Position numbers and translations under genes: made by a program
In this document: positions 1-11,787 of the stretch, piece after piece
Layout: each line of letters opens with the position of its first letter
Position numbering within the stretch: position 1 is the first letter of the stretch
Assembly: GCA_942493095.1 (NCBI GenBank)
Contig: OW818675.1
Coordinates: forward strand, 570,001 to 602,000
Reading direction: 5' to 3'
Length of the DNA: 32,000 nucleotides
Source of the DNA: Candidatus Electronema halotolerans
GTDB taxonomy: Bacteria; Desulfobacterota; Desulfobulbia; Desulfobulbales; Desulfobulbaceae
Notes under the pieces: generated by a model
Told to the model about the DNA's origin: nothing
The model's database searches: none
Seen by the model: the letters and a program-made list of their open reading frames with translations, nothing else

Positions 1-1
1 A

Positions 2-295
2 GTGGTGATAGACATGGCTGTGGAAACAGGCGGCAACGTCGAAGGCTCGGAAGTGGATAAAATCACCGAGATCAACGGGGTGCGGGTGCTCGGCTTCGGC
101 TGTCTGCCGGGCCGCTTCGCTGAGACGGCCAGTCAGATGTACTCTGCTAATATTGGCAGCTTTGTCGAGCACTTCTGGGACAAGGAGCAGAAAACGTTCC
201 ATCTCAACCGCAACGACGAGATCATGCAAGGCGCGCTGATCACCCATGAGGGCGAGATTGTCAGCGAAATGTACAAAAGCATCATCAACAAGTGA
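2..295 (+). CDS. pntAA: NAD(P) transhydrogenase alpha subunit, part 1 (PntAA), C-terminal end only, truncated by window start
   Basis: Reads VVIDMAVETGGNVEGS...VRVLGFGCLPGRFAETASQMYSANI, typical PntA domain C-terminus; followed directly by pntAB- and pntB-like ORFs. Confidence 0.88.
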   Translation: MVIDMAVETGGNVEGSEVDKITEINGVRVLGFGCLPGRFAETASQMYSANIGSFVEHFWDKEQKTFHLNRNDEIMQGALITHEGEIVSEMYKSIINK

Positions 296-303
296 GGCAG
301 GCA

Positions 304-606
304 ATGGAAGCGGTCTATTTGAGCTTTATTTTTATTCTGGCGATTTTTCTCGGTTTTGAGCTGATTTCCAAGGTGCCTTCCACCTTGCACACGCCGCTGA
401 TGTCCGGCTCAAACGCCATTTCCGGCATCACCCTGATCGGGGCCATGGCTGCGCTCCAGACTGATATCAACTGGCTCTCGGCCCTGCTCGGCACCGTGGC
501 CGTGGCCTTGGCTGCGATCAACGTTGCAGGCGGCTATCTGGTCACAGACCGGATGCTGGAGATGTTCAAGAAAAAGGAGAAAAACTCTGAGGGAGGCGGC
601 AAGTGA
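304..606 (+). CDS. pntAB: NAD(P) transhydrogenase alpha subunit part 2 (PntAB), small membrane subunit
   Basis: MEAVYLSFIFILAIFLGFELISKVPSTLHTPLMSGSNAISGITLIGA is the conserved PntA membrane domain; start chosen at ATG 304 rather than GTG 292. Confidence 0.9.
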   Translation: MEAVYLSFIFILAIFLGFELISKVPSTLHTPLMSGSNAISGITLIGAMAALQTDINWLSALLGTVAVALAAINVAGGYLVTDRMLEMFKKKEKNSEGGGK

Positions 607-1979
607 ATCTGTTCATCAACTTCAGTTACATCATTGCGGCAATTCTGTTCATTTTCGGCCTGAAAATGCTCGGCTCGCCCGCCACAGCCCGGCGCGGCAA
701 TCAAATTTCCGCCTTGGGCATGCTGCTGGCGATTGTCGTCACCCTGATGAATTCCGGGCTGGATTACAAGTGGATCATCCTCGGCATCCTGATCGGCAGC
801 GCGATTGGCGTGTATGCGGCAGTCAAGGTGGAGATGACCGCCATGCCGGAGATGGTGGCTCTGTTCAACGGCTTTGGCGGCCTTGCCAGTCTGCTGCTGG
901 CATGGGCTGAGTATAATCAGGAGCCAGACATGCGGCTCTTTATCGCCATAGTCACCTTCCTTTCCGCCCTGATCGGCGGCGTGACCTTCAGCGGCTCCAT
1001 GGTGGCCTTTGGCAAGCTCTCCGGCAAGATCACCCAGAAGGCAGTGGTCTTCACTGGCCAGCACATTGTCAACGGAGCCATCCTTGCCGCCGTCCTGCTT
1101 GCCGCCGCCGTGTTCTGTACTGATCCCGGCTCAGGTCTTGGCTATGCCCTCTTCATCATCATCATCTTAATCTCTCTCGGCTTTGGCATCACCTCCACCA
1201 TTCCCATTGGCGGCGCAGACATGCCGGTGGTGATTTCGCTGCTCAACAGCTATTCCGGGCTGGCCGCCTGCGCTGCTGGTTTTGTCATCTCCAACAAGCT
1301 GCTGATCGTGGCAGGCGCATTGGTCGGGGCTTCCGGCATCATCCTGACCAACATCATGTGCAAGGCCATGAACCGCTCCTTGGCCAATGTCCTCTTTTCC
1401 GGCTTTGGCAGCACCATTGCCAAAAGCGGCGGCCACAGCGCGCAGGGTGAAGTCCGGCCCGCTTCGGCAGAGGATGTCTATTATATTCTGGAGGCGGCAG
1501 ACTCGGTGGTCTTTGTCCCTGGCTATGGTCTGGCTGTGGCGCAGGCCCAGCATGTGGTCCGCGAGCTGGGAGAGCTACTGGAGAAGAACGACACTGAAGT
1601 CAGCTACGCCATTCACCCGGTGGCAGGCCGGATGCCTGGTCACATGAATGTGCTGCTCGCTGAGGCCAATGTGCCTTATGATCAGCTTGTGGAAATGGAT
1701 GACATCAACCCGCGCATGGACAGTGTTGATGTCTGTGTGGTGATCGGCGCGAACGACGTGGTCAACCCGGCAGCCCTGAACGACAAGTCCAGTCCGATCT
1801 ATGGCATGCCGATCATTGAAACCCACCGGGCGCGGACGGTCATTGTCCTCAAACGCTCGATGAACCCCGGTTTTGCCGGCATTGAGAACGCTCTCTTTTT
1901 TGGCAGCAACACCCGCATGTATTTCGGCGATGCTAAAGAGTCGATTCAGGCTTTGCTGGCTCAGTTCAAGAGCAACTGA
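603..1979 (+). CDS. pntB: NAD(P) transhydrogenase beta subunit
   Basis: 458 aa ORF, 4-bp overlap with pntAB; motifs SGKITQKAVVFTGQHIVNG, VPGYGLAVAQAQHVVREL, YAIHPVAGRMPGHMNVLLAEA, DVCVVIGANDVVNPAA, VLKRSMNPGFAGIENALFF. Confidence 0.97.
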   Translation: MNLFINFSYIIAAILFIFGLKMLGSPATARRGNQISALGMLLAIVVTLMNSGLDYKWIILGILIGSAIGVYAAVKVEMTAMPEMVALFNGFGGLASLLLAWAEYNQEPDMRLFIAIVTFLSALIGGVTFSGSMVAFGKLSGKITQKAVVFTGQHIVNGAILAAVLLAAAVFCTDPGSGLGYALFIIIILISLGFGITSTIPIGGADMPVVISLLNSYSGLAACAAGFVISNKLLIVAGALVGASGIILTNIMCKAMNRSLANVLFSGFGSTIAKSGGHSAQGEVRPASAEDVYYILEAADSVVFVPGYGLAVAQAQHVVRELGELLEKNDTEVSYAIHPVAGRMPGHMNVLLAEANVPYDQLVEMDDINPRMDSVDVCVVIGANDVVNPAALNDKSSPIYGMPIIETHRARTVIVLKRSMNPGFAGIENALFFGSNTRMYFGDAKESIQALLAQFKSN

Positions 1980-2024
1980 CTGACAGCGGCAGGGAGCGGA
2001 TTCCGCCCCTGCCGCCCTTCCTTG

Positions 2025-5000
2025 TCAGTCGCCGCAGTCAAGAATGGCCTCGCGCCGGACCGCAGTCAGCACGCTCTCCTCAGACTCCTCCCCGCAGACT
2101 CCGGCCATCGCCATGCAGCGGGACATGACCTGATACATCTCTCTGGCATCAAACGGTTTGCCAATATGCTCGCTCATGCCTGCGGCCCGGCTCTTTTCCC
2201 GGTCCGCAGCCATGACATTGGCGGTCAGGGCGATGATGGGCAGATTCTTGTGCTGCGGCATCTTTTTGATGGCCGCACAGGCACTGTAGCCGTCCATGAC
2301 CGGCATCTGAATGTCCATCAGCACGCAGTCAAACGCCTCCTGCTCCAGTTTGGCCAGGGCCTCGGCCCCGTTGTTGGCCACAGTCACTTTGATGTCCTTG
2401 CGGCAGAGAAGGATTTTGGCCAGCTCCTGATTGAGCTGATTGTCCTCAACCAGCAGGACCTTTTTGCCATTCAGGCAGCACGACCCGACATCGCCTGTTT
2501 CACCCTGCCCGTGCTTCTCCTCCTGCCGGACTGCGGCAAAGGGCAGGACAAAATAAAATTGCGAGCCTTTGCCAGCCTCGCTTTCCAGCCAGATTCTCCC
2601 GCCCATCAGTTCAACAAGCTGCTTGCTGATCGACAGGCCAAGGCCGGTGCCGCCGAAACGCCGGGTGGTGGAGCTGTCTGCCTGACTGAAGGACTGAAAG
2701 AGCTTGCCCTGCTGCTCCGGGGTCATGCCAATGCCAGTGTCAGCCACGCAGAACTGGAGGACAATCCGGTTCCCGTCCTCTTCCTGCCGCAGCCGCTCCA
2801 CAGTGACATTCACTCCGCCCTCATGAGTGAATTTAACCGCGTTGTTGCCGAGATTGATCAGTATCTGGCCAAGGCGGAGCGGGTCGCCCTTGAGCCGGAC
2901 CGGCACGTCCGCAGCCACCTCAATATCCAAATCCAGTCCTTTCTCCTCAGCCCGCAGGCCGATTATATCAGCCAGATTGTCAAAAACCTTTTGCAGGCAG
3001 AAGACGATCTGCTCAATTTCCAGCTTGCCCGCCTCAATCTTGGAAAAGTCAAGGATGTCGTTGATGATGCCGAGCAGGGACTTGGCCGAATAATTAACTT
3101 TTTCAATATAGTTGCGCTGCTCCGGGCGGAGGTCGGTCTCCAAGGCCAGCTCGGACATGCCGATGATCGCATTCATCGGGGTGCGGATCTCGTGGCTCAT
3201 GTTGGCAAGGAACTCAGACTTGGCCTGACTGGCCGCTTCAGCCCGTTCTTGGGCCTCAGCCAGCTTTTGAGTGATGATCTCGTATTCAGTGATATCTTCC
3301 AGAATGCCGTCAATGGCGAGCAGCCGTCCGGCCTGATCCCGCACCGGATGCGAGGAGATGCGGATGGTGCGCAGGCTGCCGTCCGGGTGGATGAACTGCA
3401 TGTCATGCTGAACAAACTCGGTTTTGCCTTCGCGGATGCGGACAAAATGCAGTTCAGCCTGTTCCAAGGATTCAGCGAGCCAATTGATCTTTTCTGTCCA
3501 CGCGCTGCCGTCAGTCAGTGCCTCTTTGTCGCAGCCGAAAACAGAATGCACCCCGTCGCTGGCATAGGTCCATTTTTCGGTCTCAGGCTTCTGGCTGAAA
3601 ACAACAAACTTTTCGCCGATATCGTCCAAGAGCCGCCGATACTTTGCCTTGCTCTCCCGGAGCAGCCGCTCCTCCTCTTTCCGCTGGGTGATATCCTGCA
3701 CCACTTGGATGACCGACCCCTGGCCATCACCGCTGGTGAATTTCGTCGCAGCGGCTTCAAAAATTCTGCCGTCGTGGGTGTTTGGCAGATAACAGATGGT
3801 CTTCTCCTCCTGCAACGCCTCCAGCACCGGAGCGCGGCACCACGGATGATGCCCTTTTTCAAGCAGGCCGCAGCAGTCCGCGCCGGTCAGGTCGCCGAAC
3901 CAGTCCTGCATCACCTGATTCAGATAATGCACCCTGCTGCAATCATCAATGATGATCAGCCCAAGGCCAATCTTGGCCAAGGCGTTGATGACCGCCTCAG
4001 ATTGGGCCTTCTCATTGTTCAGCTCACGGTTGACCTGCTCCAGTTCGGCAAGTTTTGCCTGTAGTTCCGCAGTGCGCTCCCTGATCTGCTCTTCCAGATC
4101 AGTTTTGGCCTGGCGGACTGCGCCTTCAGCTTGGGCCAACTTCCAGGAACTGAAGCAGAGCACCAACGCCAGCAGCATGGCTGCCGCCACTGTTTTCTTG
4201 ATAATCGTGAAGCGGATTTCAGCAATTGCGTTCCGGCTGATATGGGAGACCACCTTCCAGAGACCGTGTCCTTCGTCTTTGCTCTCTGCATTTTTCTGCT
4301 GCATTTGCTGGGCAAAAACCGTGTTCCATGTCCACAGACCGTTTCTGCCCTGCTGATGCCCCTCTTTTTCCTGGAGTATTTCCTGCCAGATGCGCGGATC
4401 GCAGACCTCGCTGTCAGAGAGCGGCTTGGCCCCGGTCAGGAGCGGATCGTCCGCAGCAGTCAGGTTGGCCAGCCGCCAGCCCTCCTTGTTGACCACAGCC
4501 AGATGATCTTTGATTTTCAAGGTGACTTCGCTGAATTCATGGAGCAGCTCCTCAGCTGGCCAGCTGATAAGCAGGACCCCATGCCGTCCGCCCTGGCTGT
4601 CCAGCACTGGCGTGCCTGCCCGCAACGTCGGCGGCTGCGACAGACCATGCGGCTCCAGCTCGGCATCTGGCGGCGAAATAAACATGCTGTTCCGCTCCAG
4701 CCAGGCAGTCTCCATGAAATACAGCTTGTCCGCTCTGTTCTTGAGCTGTTCCTGCACCGCCACCTTTGGCCCGGCAATGGACCAGTCCAGCCGCAGCTGT
4801 TCCATGCCGGTGCTGTCTATCCAGCTGACCTGCTTGTAGCGGCCTCCCTTGCTGATGGCAAAGAGGGCGAAATCCTCAGCCAGCTTGGTCAAGTTTTCCT
4901 GATCAGGCGGAGCGGCCAGCCGCTCCATCAGTCCTTCGTGGGAAGCAAGCTGAAACATGTCAAAGCTGATCTCCCGCAGGCGGCTGGTCAGCAGGCCGGC

Positions 5001-5174
5001 ACCTTGGCCGACATGGAGCACTTCCTGATTTTTCAGGCTGTCCATCTCGCTTTCCAGCTCCAGGCTGGCGTAAAACCATGAACCAGCCAGCAAAACGAGC
5101 AGGGCTGGAATGACCCGCTTGAGAAAGAGCGCGTCATTGATCCATAAAACTGTCTGTTGGTATATCTCCTTCAT
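2025..5174 (-). CDS. Membrane-anchored hybrid sensor histidine kinase (two PAS domains, HisKA, HATPase, receiver)
   Basis: [19 protein letters not shown] (H box), [16 protein letters not shown] (G box), receiver with [15 protein letters not shown]...[14 protein letters not shown]...PIIALTAN; start at MKEIYQQ (5174) preceded by AAGGAGATATA. Confidence 0.93.
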   Translation of the reverse strand: MKEIYQQTVLWINDALFLKRVIPALLVLLAGSWFYASLELESEMDSLKNQEVLHVGQGAGLLTSRLREISFDMFQLASHEGLMERLAAPPDQENLTKLAEDFALFAISKGGRYKQVSWIDSTGMEQLRLDWSIAGPKVAVQEQLKNRADKLYFMETAWLERNSMFISPPDAELEPHGLSQPPTLRAGTPVLDSQGGRHGVLLISWPAEELLHEFSEVTLKIKDHLAVVNKEGWRLANLTAADDPLLTGAKPLSDSEVCDPRIWQEILQEKEGHQQGRNGLWTWNTVFAQQMQQKNAESKDEGHGLWKVVSHISRNAIAEIRFTIIKKTVAAAMLLALVLCFSSWKLAQAEGAVRQAKTDLEEQIRERTAELQAKLAELEQVNRELNNEKAQSEAVINALAKIGLGLIIIDDCSRVHYLNQVMQDWFGDLTGADCCGLLEKGHHPWCRAPVLEALQEEKTICYLPNTHDGRIFEAAATKFTSGDGQGSVIQVVQDITQRKEEERLLRESKAKYRRLLDDIGEKFVVFSQKPETEKWTYASDGVHSVFGCDKEALTDGSAWTEKINWLAESLEQAELHFVRIREGKTEFVQHDMQFIHPDGSLRTIRISSHPVRDQAGRLLAIDGILEDITEYEIITQKLAEAQERAEAASQAKSEFLANMSHEIRTPMNAIIGMSELALETDLRPEQRNYIEKVNYSAKSLLGIINDILDFSKIEAGKLEIEQIVFCLQKVFDNLADIIGLRAEEKGLDLDIEVAADVPVRLKGDPLRLGQILINLGNNAVKFTHEGGVNVTVERLRQEEDGNRIVLQFCVADTGIGMTPEQQGKLFQSFSQADSSTTRRFGGTGLGLSISKQLVELMGGRIWLESEAGKGSQFYFVLPFAAVRQEEKHGQGETGDVGSCCLNGKKVLLVEDNQLNQELAKILLCRKDIKVTVANNGAEALAKLEQEAFDCVLMDIQMPVMDGYSACAAIKKMPQHKNLPIIALTANVMAADREKSRAAGMSEHIGKPFDAREMYQVMSRCMAMAGVCGEESEESVLTAVRREAILDCGD

Positions 5175-5369
5175 GGCTCTGTCAGGATGGCAAAGGAAGA
5201 TGAGGCGGCAGCAAAACACCTGCCAGCCGGGCAGGATGCCGCACTATGTCATGCTTTGGCGCGGCCCGTCAACATATTTTCCCTGCGCCCGGCAATGAAA
5301 AGGGCAGAATGCTGTGCAGCATCCTGCCCTGAACCGGCCCGCCATCAGCCGGAAATGCCCTGCAACCGC

Positions 5370-7352
<1,983 letters not shown>

Positions 7353-7670
7353 GATTTCCTCCTTTAAAACAGCAGTTGAATGATTGCGGATGAAGATCGC
7401 CCGCCCGGAGCGGCGGCAGGCTGTCAGACATGATGCAGGTAAGGTAAGCGAATTGCAGCTCTCTTGTCAAGCCGGAGCCGCCGATCAGCACACCGAGACA
7501 GCGTTTTTTTTTGCGAGCAGATGAATCATTGTCTCATCGGGGAAGAGCCGTCATCCTCTTTTCTTTAGCATGTTTGCCCGCAAAAAGCATCATTTTTTCG
7601 GGAGGAGCAGAGGCGGGAAGGATGCAAGGTTGACGGCGGCACTGCGGAAGGCGGAAAGGCTGGACAGACC

Positions 7671-8207
7671 TCAGGAAGACTCCTGCTCTTTGTTCTCCTG
7701 CAAACGCAGGTTGACTTCCTCCAACATGCCTTTCGCCCATTGCCGGGTCGTGCTCTCTGGCGGCAGTTCCAAGCGCATTATTTGGCGCAGGCATTGCTTC
7801 GCACCTCTGAGGTCGGCAAAGCCTTCATGCAAAATCTGGGCCTTGAGCAGCAGAGCCTCGGCATGTTCCGGCATCTGCTCCAAAATGAAATCCGCCGTCT
7901 GCAAGGCTTCGGCAAAGCGTTTCTCCGACTTCAAATACCTGCATTTGTTCAGTTCGCCTGCAAGCTGCTCTGTCAGCGTGGCTGATCTTCCTCCTCCACT
8001 GTACATTGATACGAAAAAATTTGCTGTCCAATTAATAACCAGCATTATTGGCAAAGGTAGAATAAAATTTATAGGGATCATTATCAAAATGAGCTTAAAG
8101 CTGCCAAACCAGTAAAGATATGCTATGCCAAGAAAAATAGAAGGATAGAGCATCCAGAGAAATATCCGCAGATATTGTGACCTTAGAAAGGAGTCAATGT
8201 CTTTCAT
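7671..8207 (-). CDS. Hypothetical membrane protein with TPR-like C-terminal segment
   Basis: ORF from internal start MKDIDSFLRSQYLRIFLWMLYP; 1-2 hydrophobic segments then helical EQLAGELNKCRYLKSEKRFAEALQTADFILEQMPEHAEALLLKA; 4-bp start/stop overlap with the upstream ORF. Confidence 0.6.
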   Translation of the reverse strand: MKDIDSFLRSQYLRIFLWMLYPSIFLGIAYLYWFGSFKLILIMIPINFILPLPIMLVINWTANFFVSMYSGGGRSATLTEQLAGELNKCRYLKSEKRFAEALQTADFILEQMPEHAEALLLKAQILHEGFADLRGAKQCLRQIMRLELPPESTTRQWAKGMLEEVNLRLQENKEQESS

Positions 8208-9166
8208 GCTGGCTCCAGAATGCCAAGAACTGTTTTCCTGTCCGATGATGGACAGATTTGCGCCGTCGCAGGCAGCAGATGCACGGTGAGGCGGCATCTG
8301 CCGTGCGCTGCTGCCGGATAATGCTGCTCAAGCAGAGCCTCCCATTCCTCTTGATTGAAAGAGGTCGGCAGATCATTGATCATCTCCGCTGCTGCTTGAC
8401 GGAATTTCTTCTGTCCGCCTGCAACATCATCACCTGCCGGACGCGCAGGCAATGACAGCGTCAGAATTTGCCGCGCTTCGGTGTTTTTCTCTTCAACGAG
8501 AGCGTCAAAAGCGTCATGGTCAGCAGTGATGAACAAATTGGAAAGCAGCGGGCCGCTGCTGGCGGCAAGCAGCTTCTGCCACGCCTTGAGCAACAGACGG
8601 CTGCGCCTGCTCTCATGCGGCCTGTCCCAGTCAGGTGAAGGTGAGGCGGCAGGATGCTCATCCCGCAGAGCCTCAAGCAGCTCCTGTTCCCGCAGCGTAA
8701 CCCGGCGCAGGCTCTGACGGATTTCCGCCTCCTCCTGCTCGACCAGTTCCCCCAGCTTCAGCACCAAGCGCGCCTGCCAGAGAGCAGCGGCCCGTTCCTG
8801 CTCGGCCTTGCTTTCGGTTGTGCCGCTGCGCGCCTGCCGTATCGCACTGATGATCGCACTTTTGCTTTCCGCTGCCTGAGATGCGCCGAAACCGGACAAG
8901 GCCAGCCCGGCATAGTCAGCAGGCCGCTGGCGCAGCTCCCTGACCATGCTGAGGAAACGCTCCCGGTCTTTGCCCAGCGGGGCCGGACAGTGAAAACGGA
9001 GCAGTCCTTGGGCGAGCAGCTCCTCAGCCAAAGGCGGCAGAGGTGCTGGCAGGTCGTTTTCCACAGGCGCAAGGTGGACAGTTTGGCGAAAAAGCTGTAC
9101 AACAGGGAACAGCATGTCGTCCTTGGGCCGGGTGTCCGGGAAAATATACGCGAGTTCCGCAAGCAT
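8204..9166 (-). CDS. Hypothetical protein, helical, charged
   Basis: ORF from internal start MLAELAYIFPDTRPKDDML; overlaps the downstream ORF by 4 bp, suggesting a two-gene operon; no family recognised. Confidence 0.55.
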   Translation of the reverse strand: MLAELAYIFPDTRPKDDMLFPVVQLFRQTVHLAPVENDLPAPLPPLAEELLAQGLLRFHCPAPLGKDRERFLSMVRELRQRPADYAGLALSGFGASQAAESKSAIISAIRQARSGTTESKAEQERAAALWQARLVLKLGELVEQEEAEIRQSLRRVTLREQELLEALRDEHPAASPSPDWDRPHESRRSRLLLKAWQKLLAASSGPLLSNLFITADHDAFDALVEEKNTEARQILTLSLPARPAGDDVAGGQKKFRQAAAEMINDLPTSFNQEEWEALLEQHYPAAAHGRCRLTVHLLPATAQICPSSDRKTVLGILEPA

Positions 9167-9169
9167 GAG

Positions 9170-9520
9170 ATGAAAACCATTCAAGAAAAGATTACATTTG
9201 TCTTTGCCGCCCTGCTCTATTTCCTCTTTCATCTGCGGGGCGGGGCTGATGCCGGGGAAATGCTGATCGGCACAGCCGCGCAGCTGCTGACCACTCTGCC
9301 CTACTGCATCGGCTTCACGTTTATTGCAGTGCGGATTGTCCAATATCTGCACCACGGCAAAAAATTGCGCTGGGACCGGATTGCCCGCATTTTTTTCACC
9401 ATCGGCATATTGTTCGGCTTCTTTTTTGCCCTGTATGAATATGCCGAACAAGGTCAGCCGCAGCAGGTTTCTTCAATCAGCAGCGCAGCCGCCAATGCTT
9501 CAGCCCAGTTCAGCAAGTGA
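9170..9520 (+). CDS. Hypothetical small multi-pass membrane protein
   Basis: MKTIQEKITFVFAALLYFLFHLRGGADAGEMLIGTAAQLLTTLPYCIGFTFIAVRIVQYL...ARIFFTIGILFGFFFALYEY; hydrophobic helices and basic loops; lies in the longer frame 8654-9520. Confidence 0.6.
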   Translation: MKTIQEKITFVFAALLYFLFHLRGGADAGEMLIGTAAQLLTTLPYCIGFTFIAVRIVQYLHHGKKLRWDRIARIFFTIGILFGFFFALYEYAEQGQPQQVSSISSAAANASAQFSK

Positions 9521-9544
9521 AATGTATGCACTGCCGCAACTTCA

Positions 9545-10630
9545 TCAATCATACTTGCATCTCTTGTCTTTTACATTCTTTTTTGCCGACTTGATATATT
9601 TGCCAAAATCACGATCTTTCCTTCTCTTCTCAAGGTATGACATCTGCTGAAACGTGGACTCTGCGCGGAGTTTCAGATAATTTTCAAGGTGCTCCCGACC
9701 TATTTCGCCAGAATCTACAGCCGCAAGCACGGCGCAGCACGGCTCGCCCGCATGGCTGCAATCTCGATAACGGCAGCTTGAGGCAAGGGCAGCTATGTCG
9801 GCGTAATTGCTCTCCATGCCGTCTTCCGCGCCGAGGATGCCGAATTCACGCATTCCCGGATTATCAATCACCAGCGCACCGCTTTCGAGGCGAATCAGTT
9901 CCCGGCGAACGGTGGTATGCCGTCCTTCGCCTGTGCCGCTGACCGTCTGGGTTGTCTGCATTTCACGGCCAAGCAAGTGATTGACCAAGGTGCTTTTGCC
10001 AACCCCGGATGAGCCAACAAAGCAATAGGTTTTGCCGGGCAGCAAGAGCTGCTTGAGATCAGCCAAGCCCTCCTGCGTCACGTTGCTCAAGGCAGCTATT
10101 GGCGCGCTGATGCCAGCAGAACGGATTTCCTCTACTTGTGCTGCGAGAACAGCAGGCTCCACCAAGTCGGTCTTGGTGAGCAGGATGCAGGGTTCTGCCC
10201 CGCCATCCCTCACCATGACCAGATAGCGTTCCAGCCGCTTCAGATTGAAATCAAAATGGCAGGACTGAACGATAATCACGCAGTCCATGTTCGCCGCGAT
10301 CATCTGATATTCGACAACATTTCCTGCCGACTTCCTGCGCAGCGAAGTCCTCCGCTCAAGAATCGCGTGGACCATGCCAAAGTCGTCGCTCGGCTGTTTT
10401 TCGCAGCAGACCCAGTCGCCTACGCAGGGCAGCTTGTATGACAGGTGGTGGCGATGCAAATAGCTGCCGCTCACCTTTGCTCTGAACGGGCCGGTTTGAT
10501 TGACGAGCAGCAACTGCTCACGGTCAACGGCGGCAACACGGGCGATGCTGGCTGTTGAACTGCATTCTGCTCGTTGCGCGAACCAGTCGCTCCAGCCAAG
10601 TTCGGTTAAGCAAGTTAGGGGTGAGGGCAT
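9545..10630 (-). CDS. rsgA: Ribosome small subunit-dependent GTPase A
   Basis: Circularly permuted GTPase order: TKTD (G4), GSSGVGKSTLVNHLLG (G1), DNPGMREFG (G3), C-terminal zinc-binding pattern CRYRDCSHAGEPCCAV. Confidence 0.96.
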   Translation of the reverse strand: MPSPLTCLTELGWSDWFAQRAECSSTASIARVAAVDREQLLLVNQTGPFRAKVSGSYLHRHHLSYKLPCVGDWVCCEKQPSDDFGMVHAILERRTSLRRKSAGNVVEYQMIAANMDCVIIVQSCHFDFNLKRLERYLVMVRDGGAEPCILLTKTDLVEPAVLAAQVEEIRSAGISAPIAALSNVTQEGLADLKQLLLPGKTYCFVGSSGVGKSTLVNHLLGREMQTTQTVSGTGEGRHTTVRRELIRLESGALVIDNPGMREFGILGAEDGMESNYADIAALASSCRYRDCSHAGEPCCAVLAAVDSGEIGREHLENYLKLRAESTFQQMSYLEKRRKDRDFGKYIKSAKKNVKDKRCKYD

Positions 10631-10635
10631 GGCGG

Positions 10636-11787
10636 TTAATCAAGGGCTACGGATTCATTCTCTTGTTGCTGTTCTTCGTCATCAACGTTAAACTCAACGC
10701 GACTCTGCAAGACGATTTCTTTAATTATTTCTTTGCTTCTTCCTTTTTTCAACGCGAGATCAAACCGGTTCATCAGTTCAGGAATATTGATCACTTCTTC
10801 AATAGAATCCATATATCGTTTAACAATAGCCTTGACCTTATATCGTGCGGCAGCTTGTTCTTGCACTTTTTTCAAAACTTCGGCAACCAGTTGTTCTGTT
10901 TTGACAACAAAGGTAATTGGATACCGTTGAACCTTGTCAATATCCAGAAAATACTTGCCAGCATCTATAGTTTCTGTCACTTGAAAGAACCTGCCAAGCG
11001 GTTTCATCACAAAATCAATGCCGCCATCATTCGCATTGGTTCGACCAGTCTTGTACAGGATAAGGTATTCGGAGTTCAGTTCATCAGGAGACCAACCCCA
11101 ATAAATTTGCTGATCAGCATAGAAATGTTTCAGGATGGCATAGCTGACAATTTCAAAGATTCTCGCATCAGCATTTGGCTGCAAGAGACTACGAATAAAT
11201 TCTATTGCTTGTTCAAAATTTTGTTCTTGAATAGCAATTATTTGCTGGCAGCACGACATGAACGCATCAAACGCATGTTTTCTTGCTTCGATATAAGCAT
11301 CTATGATTTCCTTTACTGCTAAAGCGATATTAACTTGTTTTTTGTTTATCGAAACTATGAGCAGATGCTCATTGATCCAATACCGATTAGTTTCGATATC
11401 GCGAATAATTGGAAGATGCGAGGATGTTGGAAAATATTTTTTGAATTCTTCGTTCAGGCGATGATTAAGCGCATGATTTTGCAGTTTACTTCCAAATGGC
11501 AATTTTCGCTGCCGTTGCAGCAAGATTATGTATTGAGCACCAATATATTCATCGTAATCATTTTTTTCATGAAATCCGTTGGCAATATAATCTTCAATCA
11601 GAACATACAGCGCATAATGATTAGCAAATCCAGCACGGGACTTTGAACCGCGATTTGCTGCTTTTGTCTTTATGTTTAAATATTGAAGCAGCTCACTGCG
11701 GGCTATAAGTTTCTCCGCATGACTGCCGAAATGAGATTTTAATATTGCAAGGATTTTATTTGTAAACTCGTGCCTCAATACTGGCAT
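10636..11787 (-). CDS. Putative type II restriction endonuclease (PD-(D/E)xK-like) paired with the adjacent methyltransferase
   Basis: 383 aa; overlaps the methyltransferase gene by 32 bp; C-terminal NANDGGIDFVMKPLGRFFQVTETIDAGKYFLDIDKVQRYPITFVVKTE resembles a nuclease core (GGIDF...FFQVTE). Assignment relies partly on context. Confidence 0.7.
   Translation of the reverse strand: MPVLRHEFTNKILAILKSHFGSHAEKLIARSELLQYLNIKTKAANRGSKSRAGFANHYALYVLIEDYIANGFHEKNDYDEYIGAQYIILLQRQRKLPFGSKLQNHALNHRLNEEFKKYFPTSSHLPIIRDIETNRYWINEHLLIVSINKKQVNIALAVKEIIDAYIEARKHAFDAFMSCCQQIIAIQEQNFEQAIEFIRSLLQPNADARIFEIVSYAILKHFYADQQIYWGWSPDELNSEYLILYKTGRTNANDGGIDFVMKPLGRFFQVTETIDAGKYFLDIDKVQRYPITFVVKTEQLVAEVLKKVQEQAAARYKVKAIVKRYMDSIEEVINIPELMNRFDLALKKGRSKEIIKEIVLQSRVEFNVDDEEQQQENESVALD

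Noticed and set aside
2022-5081. Long plus-strand ORFs (2022-4064, 680 aa; 4131-5081, 316 aa)
   Set aside because: They are antisense shadows of the histidine kinase; the minus-strand product has complete conserved motifs, while these show low-complexity composition without recognisable domains.
8654-9169. N-terminal extension of the 8654-9520 plus ORF
   Set aside because: Antisense to the minus-strand hypothetical; only the part from ATG 9170 has convincing protein character.
10555-11322. 255 aa plus-strand ORF antisense to the restriction endonuclease
   Set aside because: AT-rich shadow frame rich in F/N/I runs; the opposite strand has the coherent protein and operon overlap.
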